A DNA stretch of 64,000 nt, taken from positions 61,690,001 through 61,754,000 of the forward strand of contig OX597819.1 in NCBI GenBank assembly GCA_951406725.2, written 5' to 3'. A model generated the notes under the pieces. That model was not told the DNA's origin and ran no database searches. It saw nothing but the letters and a program-made list of their open reading frames with translations. This DNA is from Octopus vulgaris (taxonomy: Eukaryota). Shown here piece by piece: positions 37,955 through 50,308 of the stretch. Each line of letters begins with the position of its first letter. Position 1 is the first letter of the stretch. Made by a program: the position numbers and the translations under genes.

Positions 37955-38435
37955 TTTTTCACTTGTTTCAGTCTTTAGTTCGCGGTCATGCTGGAGCACC
38001 GCCTTGTAGAATTTTTCGTCGAATGAATTGATCCCAGTACCTTATTTTTTTAAAGTCCGGTCACGGCTTTCTATCGATCTTGTTTGCCGAGTCGCTAGGC
38101 TACGGGGACGTAAACACAACATCACCGGTTGTGTTTACACACACACATACACACACACAATATGTGAGAGGCTTCTTTTAGTTTCCGTCTACCAAATCCA
38201 TTCACAAGGTTTTAATCGACTCAAGGCTATAGTACAGAGATTCCCAACCTATATATATGTATATGTGTGTGTGTGAAATTTTGAATTAGTTAACGGACCC
38301 CCAGTACTACTTTTGCAGACCCCAGGTTGGGAACCTACTGCTATAGTAGAAGACAAATGCCCAAGGTGCTATGCAGTGAGATTGAACCTGGAACCGTGTA
38401 GTTGGAAAACAAACCTCTTATCACACAACCATGCC
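37955..38435 (-). mobile_element. SINE family B, older copy (hosts a MITE)
   Basis: Diverged reverse-complement family-B sequence, tail-to-tail with the 37372 copy. Confidence 0.8.
38235..38340. mobile_element. 106-bp hAT/Charlie-like MITE with 8-bp TSD
   Basis: TIRs CAGAGATTCCCAACCT / AGGTTGGGAACCTACTG; TSD CTATAGTA at 38227-38234 and 38341-38348; removing it restores the SINE-B consensus. Confidence 0.9.
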
Positions 38436-38536
38436 TAAGATTTCAAATTATAAATATATCAGTAATGTATTTGACTGAGGAGTGATCTGAGACCACGTGT
38501 AGAAACTTAGACAATCACAGCGTGGAAGACAAACAC

Positions 38537-39105
38537 TGATTTCAGATTTTGGCACAATGTCAGCAATTTCAGAGGAGGCGATAAGTCGATGACATCGACC
38601 CCAATGCTCAACTGGTACTTATATTATCGACCCAGAAAGAATGAAAGGCAAAGTCGATCCCTGCGTCATATGAGTCAGAACGTTGCAAGAAGTACCTATT
38701 TCTTTACTACCCACAAGGGGCTAAACAAAGAGGGGACAAACAAGGACAGACAGACGGATTAAGTCGATTATATTGACCCCAGTGCATAACTGGTACTTAA
38801 TTTATCGACCCCGAAAGGATGAAAGGCAAAGTCGACCTCGGCGGAATTTGAACTCAGAACGTAGCGGCAGACGAAATACCTATTTCTTTACTACCCACAA
38901 GGGGCTAAACACAGAAGGGACAAACAAGGACAGACAAACGGATTAAGTCGATTACATCGACCCCAGTGCGTAACTGGTACTTAATTGATCGACCCCGAAA
39001 GGGTGAAAGGCAAAGTCGGCCTCGGCTGAATTTGAACTCAGAACGTAACGGCAGACGAAATACGGTTACGCATTTCGCCCGGCGTGTTAACCTTTCTGCC
39101 AGCTG
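38537..39105 (-). mobile_element. SINE family A trimer
   Basis: Three tandem reverse-complement units. Confidence 0.9.
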
Positions 39106-39704
39106 GTTGGCTGCGTGGAAGGCAAACATTAACCATTCAAAAACACAGACTGTTAACTTCACGTAAACATTTATTATTCAGTGTCAAATTACAAATGCAT
39201 TTCGTGATTTCGCATTGCTTAATCTCATTCGATCCCACTTGTTAAATATGCAATGTGTATTGCTGCAGTCTTTGTTTTCTTTCTTTTTTTTCCTAATTAT
39301 TTCATTTGAATCAGAGAGGTAATTGAAAAAAACCATGTAAGTTCATTAATATCCGACTCCATTTTGATGTGATGGTGATAGAATTGGCTGCAATAAATTC
39401 TATGGTTCAGGCTCTTGTAAGAGTATTTTAAAACCAGTTCACGAAGCGTGACAAATTAATGAAGCAATGCAACGTAACGAAACACTTTTTTTTGGTTTGT
39501 TTTATTTCTTTCAGGTTTTTGTTGTTATGTTCTTGTTGCTTACAGCAAAGCTCCGTAATTATGGAGAACCGATAGTTGTTCACTGCTAGATTGAATGCCA
39601 TTTAGTAGTTAAATGATTTATTTGGTTCTGGTCGGAGATCAGTAAGAGTGATTAAATACAAACCATCAATCACTTCATACAATAAATAGTCTATCGTTGT
39701 AGCG

Positions 39705-39968
39705 CAGTGGTTTTCAATTGGGGTCCACATGACTTTTGCGGATCCATATAAGATTTTGTTATTAAAATTTATGTGCAATAAATTAGATATACTCCAACAA
39801 TACTCAATATTTTAACAATTTTTTTAAAAAATACAACTCCTAATAATATTTCATTCTAAAAATATAATAGGATTTTTTAAACACAGAATTGATATAAGGG
39901 TCCACCTGAGTAAAATAGAAATCAAAAGGGTCTACAGGTAAAAAAAAAAAAATGGTTGAGAACCATTG
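39705..39968. mobile_element. hAT/Charlie-like MITE
   Basis: TIRs CAGTGGTTTTCAA / TTGAGAACCATTG; internal GGGTCCA repeats; TSD degraded. Confidence 0.8.
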
Positions 39969-40079
39969 CTCTATGGGATGGGTTAGCTGTGATTGCTATT
40001 TATGTAGTTTATCGGACGTTCATAAAGTGTAACTACATCATGTTAAAATTTCCTTCAGATGTAGAAACGAGAGAGACAG

Positions 40080-40146
<67 letters not shown>

Positions 40147-40352
40147 GAGGGAGAGAGAGAGAAAGAAAGAAAGAGGGGAGGAGGAAGACGATGAGGAAGA
40201 GAGAGAAAAAAAGAGTCCTCGGTACGTCTATAAAACTGTGCCTATCCGATCGAAGCTGTTGATTTTCTTAGTCGACAAAAAAAAAATAAATAAAAATGGT
40301 TCGCACATAGTAAGTGACTCCGAGAAGTGACGGAATATATCATCAGATACAA

Positions 40353-40953
40353 GGCGGCGAGTTGGCATAATCGTTAGCACGTCGGGCAAAATGCTTAGCG
40401 GTATTTCCTCTGCCGCTACGTTCTGAGTTCAAATTCCGCCGGGGTCGACTTTGCCTTTCATCCTTTCGGGGTCGATTAATTAAGTACCAGTAACGCACAG
40501 GGGTCGATATAATCGACTTAATCCGTTTGTCTGTCCTTGTTCGTCTCCTCTGTGTTTAGCATCTTGTGGGTAGTAAAGAAATAGGTATTTCGTCTGCTGT
40601 TACGTTCTGAGTTCAAATTCCGCCGAGGTCGACCTTGCCTTTCATCCTTTCGGGGTCGATAAATTAAGTACCAGTTACGCACTGGGGTCGATGTAATCGA
40701 CTTAATCCCGTTGTCTGTCCTTGTTTGTCCCCTCTCTGTTTAGCCCCTAGTGGGCAGCAAAGAACTAAGAAACGTTAGCACATCGGGCGGTATTTCATCT
40801 GTGTTTACGTTCTGAGTTCAAATTCCGCCGAGGTCGACCTTGCCTTTCATCCTTTCGTGGTCGATAAATTAAGTGCTAGTTGCCTACTGGGGTCGATCTA
40901 ATCGACTGGCCCACTCCCCCCAGAAACTTCGAACCTTGTGCTTGGAGTAGAAA
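40353..40953 (+). mobile_element. SINE family A trimer with long TSD
   Basis: Flanked by the identical 19-mer GGAATATATCATCAGATAC (40332-40350 and 40954-40972). Confidence 0.95.
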
Positions 40954-41037
40954 GGAATATATCATCAGATACGAGCTACATGTCATCTACTCTCTAATTA
41001 GCATTTCGCCTGGGGTAATAGTTTCATGTATCATCTA

Positions 41038-41085
<48 letters not shown>

Positions 41086-41149
41086 AACACACACACATAT
41101 ATACACGCACACATACACGCATGCATATACACGTACATGCACATTTGTA

Positions 41150-41355
41150 TCTATCTATCCGCTCAGTCGAAGTCGACTCTCGGTTACTCGTTGGATCAGT
41201 GTCCTCCAGTCAGTTCTATCCTGGGCCGCTTCTTTCAGACTGGCTATGTCCATCCCGGTATCACTCTTGATGGTGTCAAGCCAGCGGGTTCTTGGTCGGC
41301 CTCTTCCTCTCTTGCCACTGACCATTCCGAGCAGGGATTTCCTCCGCATAGCACA
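41150..41355 (-). mobile_element. RTE/BovB-like LINE 3' end
   Basis: MRRKSLLGMVSGKRGRGRPRTRWLDTIK...AQDRTDWRTLIQRVTESRLRLSG*, the classic RTE C-terminus, followed by a (GATA)n tail. Confidence 0.9.
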
Positions 41356-41399
41356 TTTGTATGCATATACATAAAGGTATGTGTGTGTGATCGTGAGCA

Positions 41400-41436
<37 letters not shown>

Positions 41437-41525
41437 ATGTGTGCACGCGCGTGCGTGCGTTTTGACAGGAAACTGTTCGGTAACTTGAAAAGGCTGTTAC
41501 GAAACTAAATTCATAAAACTATATA

Positions 41526-41588
<63 letters not shown>

Positions 41589-41611
41589 AACACACATATA
41601 TACATATATAG

Positions 41612-41863
41612 CTTTTACTTTTCACTTACTTCAGCCATTAGCGTGCGGCCGTGCTGGAGCACCGCCTTGAAGCATTTTTAGTCGAACAAATTGATCCCAG
41701 TACTTATTATCATTTTGTGAAGCCTGGTACTTATTCCATCGGTTCTTATGCCAAGCCGCTAGGCCACGGGGACTTAAACACACCAACACCGGTTGTCGGA
41801 TACAATGAAGCATACACGCACACACATGTACGCACGTTTAAAAACCAAAAATACTTTCTTGCC

Positions 41864-41903
<40 letters not shown>

Positions 41904-42285
41904 ATATATATATAGGGAGAATTCACGAAAAAAACAAAAGGCGAAGACAGGTGGTGTAGAAAACAAACAGATGTATTAGTATAACGCTTCGGAATTGAAA
42001 AAGTCTTTAACGTTTCGAGCCTACGCTCTTCCACAGAAAGGAACACAGAAAAAAAACAAGGAGAGAAAAAAATGTATGTAATGGCTACCGATCTATCATG
42101 GCAAAGATATATATATATATATATCTACGAAGGCTTCTTCCAGTTTCCACCTAACAAATTCGCTCATAAGGCTTTGGTTGACCCGAGTCTATAGTGGAAG
42201 ACACTTGCTCAAGGTGCCAAGCAGTGGGACTGAACCCGGAGCCATGTGGTTAGGAAGCAAACTTCTTACCACACAGTCACGCCTA
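41612..42285 (-). mobile_element. SINE family B with a PLE-pLTR-like insert (~41915-42105)
   Basis: Tail at 41612-41800 and head at 42125-42285; the insert lies in the internal (TA)n tract. Confidence 0.8.
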
Positions 42286-42429
42286 CTCATATATAAATGT
42301 GTGTGTGTGTGTGTTAAACAGAATATCTATTCTCTACATTATTGTTATTGAATCAAGATACCGAGACTTTTTAGTTTATTATCAGTAATATATATTTAAT
42401 ATATGTGCTGCTTATTTTAAATTTTATTC

Positions 42430-43270
42430 TACTTAGATTTGAAAACTACAAATGAGATTACCGAGAGAGCACAGAAACGGAAAAGATTGTTTAATATTAG
42501 GAGGGAACTAATAACGTCTTTTATAAACATCCAAGACCATTTTAAAATAGTAGTGAATAAGGCATTTAATAAGAAAAATACTGTGGTAATTCCTGAACCA
42601 CGTGACGAACTGGAAATGGATACGCATGAAATATCTGTTGAAAAAATAGTCAAAGCTATTGAGCAATTGCGAACGGAAAAGCTTCTAGATTAAACAGAAT
42701 TGCAATAAAAATGCTAAACACAAATAACCATATACTTGCAAAAACATTATTGAAGCTGTTTCGTAATATATCATATATTAAACAATTCCCTGAAGGCTGG
42801 AAGATCGGTATAGACATTAGAAATACGAATATAAAGATCTGAGATTGTGTGACAGCTGAGGGATTATAAAACCCTGGGCAATATAGTGCTTGAAGTGTTC
42901 AGTTTGGTGGTATTGAGGAGGAGGATTCAAACTCCATTGGAAAATATACTAAAAGATGAAGAAGCAGCTTCTGGCGATCGACAGGTTTTTTATATTTTTT
43001 GATATCCAGCCATATTTTTCTTTGATATATTATACAATAGCGTTTTGAATTCAGGTAGCTTCTGATATTGGTTCATAAAGCCTTTGATATTGCTTTGACA
43101 ATAGCTATTATCGACTTTGAAAAGGCTTCCGATAGGGTTACAGCTTGGAAGATACGATGTTGCTATGGTTTGCTGAAAAATATGTCAGTCATGTAATACG
43201 TGTAATGTATCAAGGAAGAAAAATGTCGTGTAATCTATACGGTCAACTCTCAATTACAATTGAATGTGGG
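42430..43270 (+). mobile_element. Highly decayed LINE RT remnant
   Basis: EISVEKIVKAIEQL, P(E)GWK.G, RGI, IDFEKA.DRV fragments recognisable across frames. Confidence 0.6.
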
Positions 43271-44669
43271 AGTGAAATATTTGCAGGTTGGTTCGATACA
43301 TAACGAATATGAATCTGAACAAACCAATAAAGATATAGTTTTATACCGTAAGTACGAGATCATAAGCATATTATAACATGTTGGCAGTTTACAAGAGTAA
43401 AAATATCAAGACTATGCTCAGTTTTTATTATGATATCTTTTTGCCTCCATAACATCATCAATAGCGTCAGGAAGGCTTTGAACCAGATTTTTGCAAAAAT
43501 TATGGATTACCTTCCGTGTTCAGACCTGCAATATCTGCTTTTGTAAAATCAATATTGGTGGAGCATTAAAAGCTGCTATTTTCTTTTTTTATAATTCTTT
43601 GCATTTTCTATGGGGTTCAAGTCAGGAGTTAATCCTGGCGATTTACTCACTGAAGTAAAATCATTGGCTGTAAACCTGTAAACCTGTCTTTCATGCAGAG
43701 TTCTGTTGCAATAAAGAGTTGTTGTAGAAGATCATACGAGTTAGCAACTTCTGAATATCCAGATGATTTTAGAGTTTGTTTGCACCCTTAAGGCATTATC
43801 CAAATACTGACAATTTACTTTGGCCCCACTCCCTTATCATAATAGACGGGCATTTCATAAACCTTACAAGTGTACACCCAGAATTGTATCTGGAGTTTAA
43901 TGGACGAAAAACTAAAGGTGCAATAGATGCAAATTGCTTCTTGTGTGTTTCGTCATTAAACTTGATTTTAAGTCAGTCCTACTTGGTCTAATTTTCATGA
44001 TCTCTGTAAAATTCAAGATGACCTAGAATGTTTTATCACGAGAGCCTGGGCTCCTTCACCCACCCACTTGATATCTTGCAACTAGTTGAGATATTTCTGC
44101 AATCAACCAGCGTTTTATCATCATAGTCTACATTTTACCGTTGCTTACAGCTATCATTGTGTGGCACGATCATTCTGATGCTGTCTGCTTGATATACCAA
44201 ATTATTTGTATCTGGTGTATGACGAAACGTGAAAGCGAGTGGCTTGGTGCTAAAATGTGACACTCGCGATTATGAAATTGTGTTTTTGATTCCTGGGCCA
44301 GAAGATGTGTTGTGTTTTTGAGAAAAAAAAACTCGTTTCGTGTTGCTCCAACAAAATGAATTCCAGCAATAGCTGAGAAGTTAACCTTGCGACATATTGG
44401 CGTCCTGTTCGGTGGAGAGACCCATAATTTCTACCCCTTTTGCACCATGGAAACCGGGTTAAATTCCGATCTTATGAATCCTAGGGATCATTACAATTCT
44501 GAACGTATGAGTATAACGGAATCGAAACAAAGCTTCAAAGATAGTAACGACAGATTCATTTAGTTGTGTTGATATCTTCCTAAAATTAAGTCTGTTGCCA
44601 CATCAAGCCACAATTTAAGTCCATTATTTCTCTTTTTTAGCTGACAGTTCCATAAATTTTTTTAAAAAG

Positions 44670-44830
44670 GGACTGTGTGGTAAGTAGCTTACTTACCAAC
44701 CACATGGTTCCGGGTTCATTCCCACTGCGTGGCACCTTGGGCAAGTGTCTTCTACTATAGCCTCAGGACGACCAAAGCCTTGTGAGTGGATTTGGTAGAT
44801 GGAAACTGAAAGAAGCCCGTTGTATATATG

Positions 44831-44892
<62 letters not shown>

Positions 44893-45070
44893 TATGTCTG
44901 TGTTTGTCCCCCCAACATCGCTTGACAACCGATAGTGATGTGTTTACGTCCCCATAACTTAGCGGTTCGGCAAAAGTGACCGATAGAATAAGTACTAAGC
45001 TTACAAAGTACTAAGTTTAGTCGATTTGCTCGACTAAAGGCGGTGCTCCAGCATGGCCGCAATCAAATGA
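44670..45070 (+). mobile_element. SINE family B, near full length
   Basis: Same as 37372-37802. Confidence 0.92.
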
Positions 45071-45109
45071 TTGAAACAATTAAAAGAGTTTTAAAAAGTT
45101 AAATGTCTC

Positions 45110-45355
45110 CTTCTCGGGCCATGCCAGACTCATGAGGGCCGGTTCCCCGGTTTTAATGGCAAATATATTCCCCACCTGGACGGGACGCCGGTTCGTCGCA
45201 GGGATTCTCATTTTTACCAGCTGAGTGGAATGGAGCAAAGTGAAATGAAGTGTTTTGCTCAAGAACACAATGCATCACCCAGAGCAGGAATCGAAACCCC
45301 AATCTTACAATCATGAGTCCACCACCCCTAACCACTAAGCCACGCGCCTCCACTT
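45110..45355 (-). mobile_element. CORE/V-type SINE
   Basis: Head GGAGGCGCGTGGCTTAGTGGTTAG, B box, CORE-like segment and V-like CCCTGCGACGAACCGGCGTCCCGTCCAGG; relatives at 25745-25980 and 44235-44490. Confidence 0.8.
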
Positions 45356-45759
45356 CCATAAGTTTATAAGACATCAATATAACTTGCAGTATAAGACATG
45401 TCAAATACAAGACGAAATCATGAATTACTATTTCATCATTCATATATCATAATGCATAAATCAAGGTTGTTATTCATAAATATCAAGTGGATGATTTAGT
45501 TGCATATGAAAGTATCTTTTTAGCTTTTATATTTTACCTGTTTCAGTTATTAAATCGCGGCCATGCTGGGGCACCGCCTTGAATTTTTAGTCACATGAAT
45601 CGACCCTAGTATTTATATTTAAAGCCAGATACTTATTTTATCGGAGACGTAAACACACCAACACCGGTTGTCAAGTGGTGATAGGTGGGGGGGACAAACA
45701 CACTCGCACATATATACGACGGGCTTCTTTCAGATTCCGTCTACAAAATCCACTCACAA

Positions 45760-46945
45760 GAGAGCAGAGGCACGGTCCACGGAACGTGCTCTGGTAAGGG
45801 CTGTGTGGATAGTGGTGAGGGGATATCCTCGAAGGATAAAGTGGCGAGCCATGTGCTGAGGCTGAGTCTCAAAGTCGTGGTTGTCACTGCAGAGCCTGCG
45901 CAGACGGATGGAGAGCTTGGTGTGGGTAGGGTGAGAGGAGAAGTTGAGGTATGAGTGTGAGTCAGTTTGTAGTGGATGGAAGTAGTGAGAGCAGAGTGGT
46001 GTATGTTAACCGAAATGTCGAGAAATGTGACGGAAGTGCTGGAAATAGTGCAGAATTCGAGGGCAAAATGGAAGGATTGGACAAAAGAGAGGAAGGAGTC
46101 TAGTTGTTCGCGGGAAAATGAGGTCGCACCGATACAGTCATCAACATAATGACCGTATAGTTCGAGAATCGTGAGAATATTTAGACCTCAACGTAGCCAA
46201 CGAACAAGTTCGCATAGTTGGGACCCGTTTTCGTTCCGATGATCACTCCCGAGATCTGCTAGTAAAAATACCCCGCGAACGAGAAGCAGTTGGGGGAGAG
46301 AACAAGTTCTGCCAGACGAAGAAGTGTGGAGGTGTCAGATATGGGGTTGGGTCGAAGGTCTACGAAATGTTTGAGTGCAAGAAGTCCGTTGTCTGCAATC
46401 ACCGTATATAGACTCTTGATATCAAGAGTGAAGAGAAGTTTAGAGGGGTCAGGAGGAAAGGGAAAAGAGTTGAAGAGACGGGGAGCACGGTTAGTGTCGT
46501 GGATGTAGGAGGGGAGAGAAGTCACTAGGGGACAAGGACACGGTCGAGATATTTTGTGATCAATTCCGTGGAGCAATTACAGGCGGAGACGATGCGACGT
46601 CCAGGGTTGTTGGGTTTGTGAATTTTTGGAAGGAAGTAAATGATGCGAGTGCGTGTAGTGCGGACAATGAGGTTGGAGGCGGTGGGATGGAAACGGAAGG
46701 AGGAGATGAGGTCATGGCTGGTGGAGGACACAGTCTGTTGGTAGTTAGGCGTGGGGTTGAAGTTGGCGGAGAGCTTCAGCCTAGTTGAGGTCTGCGCGAC
46801 GCACCACCACGGCTCCATCCTTGTCAGCCGGTTTTATGATGATGTCTTTGCGGCTTCGGAGAAATCGTAGGGCTGAGAGTTCGACCGGGGAGATGCTAAA
46901 ATATCGGGGACGCCTGCGAAAGTTAAACCGTCCCACAACACGTTG
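45760..46945 (-). mobile_element. Penelope-like element reverse transcriptase remnant
   Basis: IIKPADKDGAVVV, YFLPKIHKPNNPGRRIVSACNC, LPSYIHDT, LFTLDIKSLYT, GTKTGPNYANLFVGYVE, YVDDCIG, VTFLDISV; these are PLE RT motifs, frameshifted. Confidence 0.92.
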
Positions 46946-46950
46946 GCAGA

Positions 46951-47012
<62 letters not shown>

Positions 47013-47091
47013 GGTCCCGGGTTGAGTCGGGGTTAACCACAGTAAATAAGGTACTCAATACATAGCAGAGTAAATTAATTTATTTTATAGA

Positions 47092-47148
47092 AGGAGCTTC
47101 TACAGGACTAGAACTGTTTCATTCAAAAGAAATCATCAGGAAGCTCCT
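47092..47148 (-). ncRNA. Type I hammerhead ribozyme motif within a 127-bp palindrome (47080-47206)
   Basis: Minus strand: AGGAGCTTC-CTGATGA-TTTCTTTTGAAT-GAAA-CAG TTCTAGTC CTG-TA-GAAGCTCCT (9-bp stem I, stem III ACAG/CTGT, GUA triplet; U-U at 10.1/11.1). A mirrored copy lies on the + strand at 47147-47194. Confidence 0.8.
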
Positions 47149-47201
47149 GATGATTTCTTTTGAATGAAACAGTTCTAATCCTGTAGAAGCTCCTTCTATA
47201 A

Positions 47202-47238
<37 letters not shown>

Positions 47239-47248
47239 AGTATGTATG

Positions 47249-47838
47249 TGTAGTGATACTATAACGGTGCGCGCGCGCACCGTCCATTTTCTATTTCGCG
47301 CGTGCGAGTGTTGGTGCCTTCACCAAGGCACAGAAAGGAAGGGCCCTCTCGCGCATGCGCGAACCACCGGAAGCACGACCCTGGCCAAGGCAGGGGGATC
47401 GTAGAACGTCTGACCACTAGCAGCAGCAAGCGGTGACTTGGGACAGCAGCGACTGAAGGAGACGGTCACGCATATTTTCTCTCCGTTCGAACTTGCTTCT
47501 AGCAGTCCTTACCAAAAGGCCTTTAACCTGGATTGTTGCAGACATCATCTTCTTCCTCCGGACGCCATTTTGACCCTTTCTGTTTTGGCGGCTGAACATT
47601 GTAAATATTACAATCGATTAACTTTCAGCCTTGCGCGCCCAGAACCAAGGACATCAGATAACACACTTATTGTTACTGTTACCAAGAAAGAGAATAAAGT
47701 AGTATATATATATTTTACGTCTGCGTCTTGTTGTTTCTGACTGGTAGAATTCTGGATTATTAAAGCAACGGCTAGTGATTGCTTTCTTGTACCCCGAAAG
47801 TACAAGAGAAGATATTCACTCACCATAAGTTCGTTACA
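47249..47838 (+). mobile_element. Solo LTR (Gypsy-like, 4-bp TSD)
   Basis: TGTAGTGA...TCGTTACA termini; TSD TATG (47245-47248 / 47839-47842); AATAAA near 47693; CpG-rich U3-like 5' part. Confidence 0.8.
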
Positions 47839-49790
47839 TATGTATATACACACATACGTTATAATCCCATTGATATTAAATTTTCATTTATCTACATCGC
47901 CATTCTTTGACTCGACAGTTCTTGTGTTTCATCTTATTAACTATTTTCCTGTAGAGAAAGTTATATGAAAATATACCTTCAACTCCTTAATGAGATTGGA
48001 TCTAACTTCGCTTCTGAAAATCTCAAAATTCTTTCCTAACTTCGATTACATCTTGCTGAAGCATGCAGAGGAATGAAACGATTTATCTATTTATTAATTA
48101 TGGTTCAGGATTTTTTAGAGCCTTTCCTGTTAGCGTTAATACGCACAAATATATCTAATTTTTGTCCCATAGTCGCAAGACATTCTTTGTTTACGAATTT
48201 CCCCCTCTCACTATCCTTGCTTATTCGTTTCTTCGTTATCTATAATTTTTCCCATTTCCCTCATAACTGGTCTTTATTTACCGGGTCTTATAAACCGTAA
48301 TCTTTTCTTGTATTGTACTAGTTTCTGTTTTCTTTTTTGTATGTTTACGTTTATCATGTCCGCTTACGTTGCCGACACCATTAGCTTGTGTACTGTTATC
48401 GAAAAGTATCGAGATTGTAATGATATTTTGTCGACAACTGATGAAGAGTTGAGCATGTTTGCGTCTATTGTGTAGGGTTTTTCCCCCTACTTTTCGGTAT
48501 GTTCTTTTGTCGCCCCCGTGTCATATTTTAAAGTTTTTCTAGTTTCCTACAGAAAAGCATTCTGGGGAGCATTTTCACAACCTCAGTGAAACAATTTTTT
48601 TTTGCTTTACATAAAAGCGCTCACTTTATTTCTTTTGTTCGTCCCAGGTAGCTTTATATATCTGTCCCTTGTGGCCCGACAACAATATATAATGCAATAG
48701 AATGAGAACTTCACATTAGCAACACCGGCTGCGGATACAAACAGCTGTCAAAACATCCTGGTGTCCCAGGAGAATACTCTTAGGTAAATAATATACATAT
48801 TTTCTTTATATGGTATACTTGAAATTCACTAGTTCCTTTTAATACAATCTTATGGGCATTAGTTGTTACCCCAAGTCACTAAATTAATTGTGAAACATTC
48901 TCATTAAATAAACGCTTCATTTATATGAATTAAAATGTGCCATATATAATCCATGTGTGTATAATGCCACAAAATATCTCCAGGATATTTTAAGCTTTCT
49001 AAATCAATATATTTTTGTGCGAGGATGGGGGGAATTTTCACTAGCTCACAAAGTCAGGAGTTTTGAAGTAATATATGAGCGAGTTCTCTCTGTTTCTTTT
49101 CTTCGTTACTCATTTTCCATTGTTGTACATTTTCAACTATTTCCTTTACAAGCTCTATGCGAAATTCACTCTTTACATTTTTTTTATTCGTACAGACATC
49201 GATCGTACTGCCGAGTAATTTAATTTGTCGTACAATACTCTGAGTTGATATATACCATGTTAAGTTGAATTATGATGTACTACGTATAGTCTATGTTTGT
49301 CTAGTTTCCACGAACAGCATTATACCGCATTTAAAGTATTCCAACTTAATATATTTCCCTGCGCTGTACTCTGAAGGTACTTTCATTAACACACTATGGA
49401 ATTTTTGAAAGAGATCACTTCGTTCTCTTTATCCACCGTGAACTGCTTTAAATACTTAAACCAGAGCGAGAACCTATTTTTGTCAGCACAGGCTCAAGAG
49501 ACGAACAGCTACCGAAACGTTATGATTTTCCGGGAGAATATATATCCATATTTTCTTTGAATGATATAAAAACTCACTCTTGCTGTTATTTTATTCGATA
49601 AGCTTCGTTAGATGAAGCTTAAAGAATACAATATTTGTTGAAACACTGTGTCCTGTAGCATGATATAAACACCCACCAACACACAAACACTTACGAAGAA
49701 GGACTCATTCACACATGCGCACACACACATATGTGTGTATATGTATATATATATGTATATATATATGAATATATATATATATATATACAC

Positions 49791-49881
<91 letters not shown>

Positions 49882-49944
49882 AAAATCTAGAAAATGGAGA
49901 TGTAGCATTAATATAATTTATTAACTGCAAAAATCTGACATATT

Positions 49945-50025
49945 CCCTTACAGCTGTTTCAATTTTGCCTAAAGATTAAATTACAATAATTAAATCATTG
50001 TATTTGGCAAAATCTCATCAGAGGG
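49945..50025 (-). ncRNA. Type I hammerhead ribozyme motif with palindromic helix III
   Basis: Minus strand: CCCT-CTGATGA-GATTTTGCC...GGCAAAATT-GAAA-CAGCTG-TA-AGGG; 9-bp stem II base, ACAGCTGT palindrome, GUA triplet. Confidence 0.8.
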
Positions 50026-50308
50026 GTAGATAAGATATACCGTTAGGCTATTAGGTGTTGTGTTTTCAAATCATCTCAGCAGACTATATATTCATGTGTG
50101 TGTGTATAAACACTTTATTTCTATGTCGATATCTGTGTGTATGTGTTGAAATGCAAATGAAGCATGCATATCATTTAGTCACAGGGTTTTCTTTGAGACT
50201 AGAAAAGAGATCGATGTGACTAGTTCTATCGTTCATTAAAACCTCATTTAAGTTTACTTTAATCTTTTCTTTAGAAGAGCGACAGGTAAAGGGGCATAAC
50301 AAGTACAA

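Noticed and set aside
43330-44050. Coding-like minus-strand composition
   Set aside because: Multiple stops and no motif I can recognise; cannot assign without a search.
48430-48600. CTGATGAAGAG pLTR-like start
   Set aside because: No matching GAAA/stem III/stem I half could be found.
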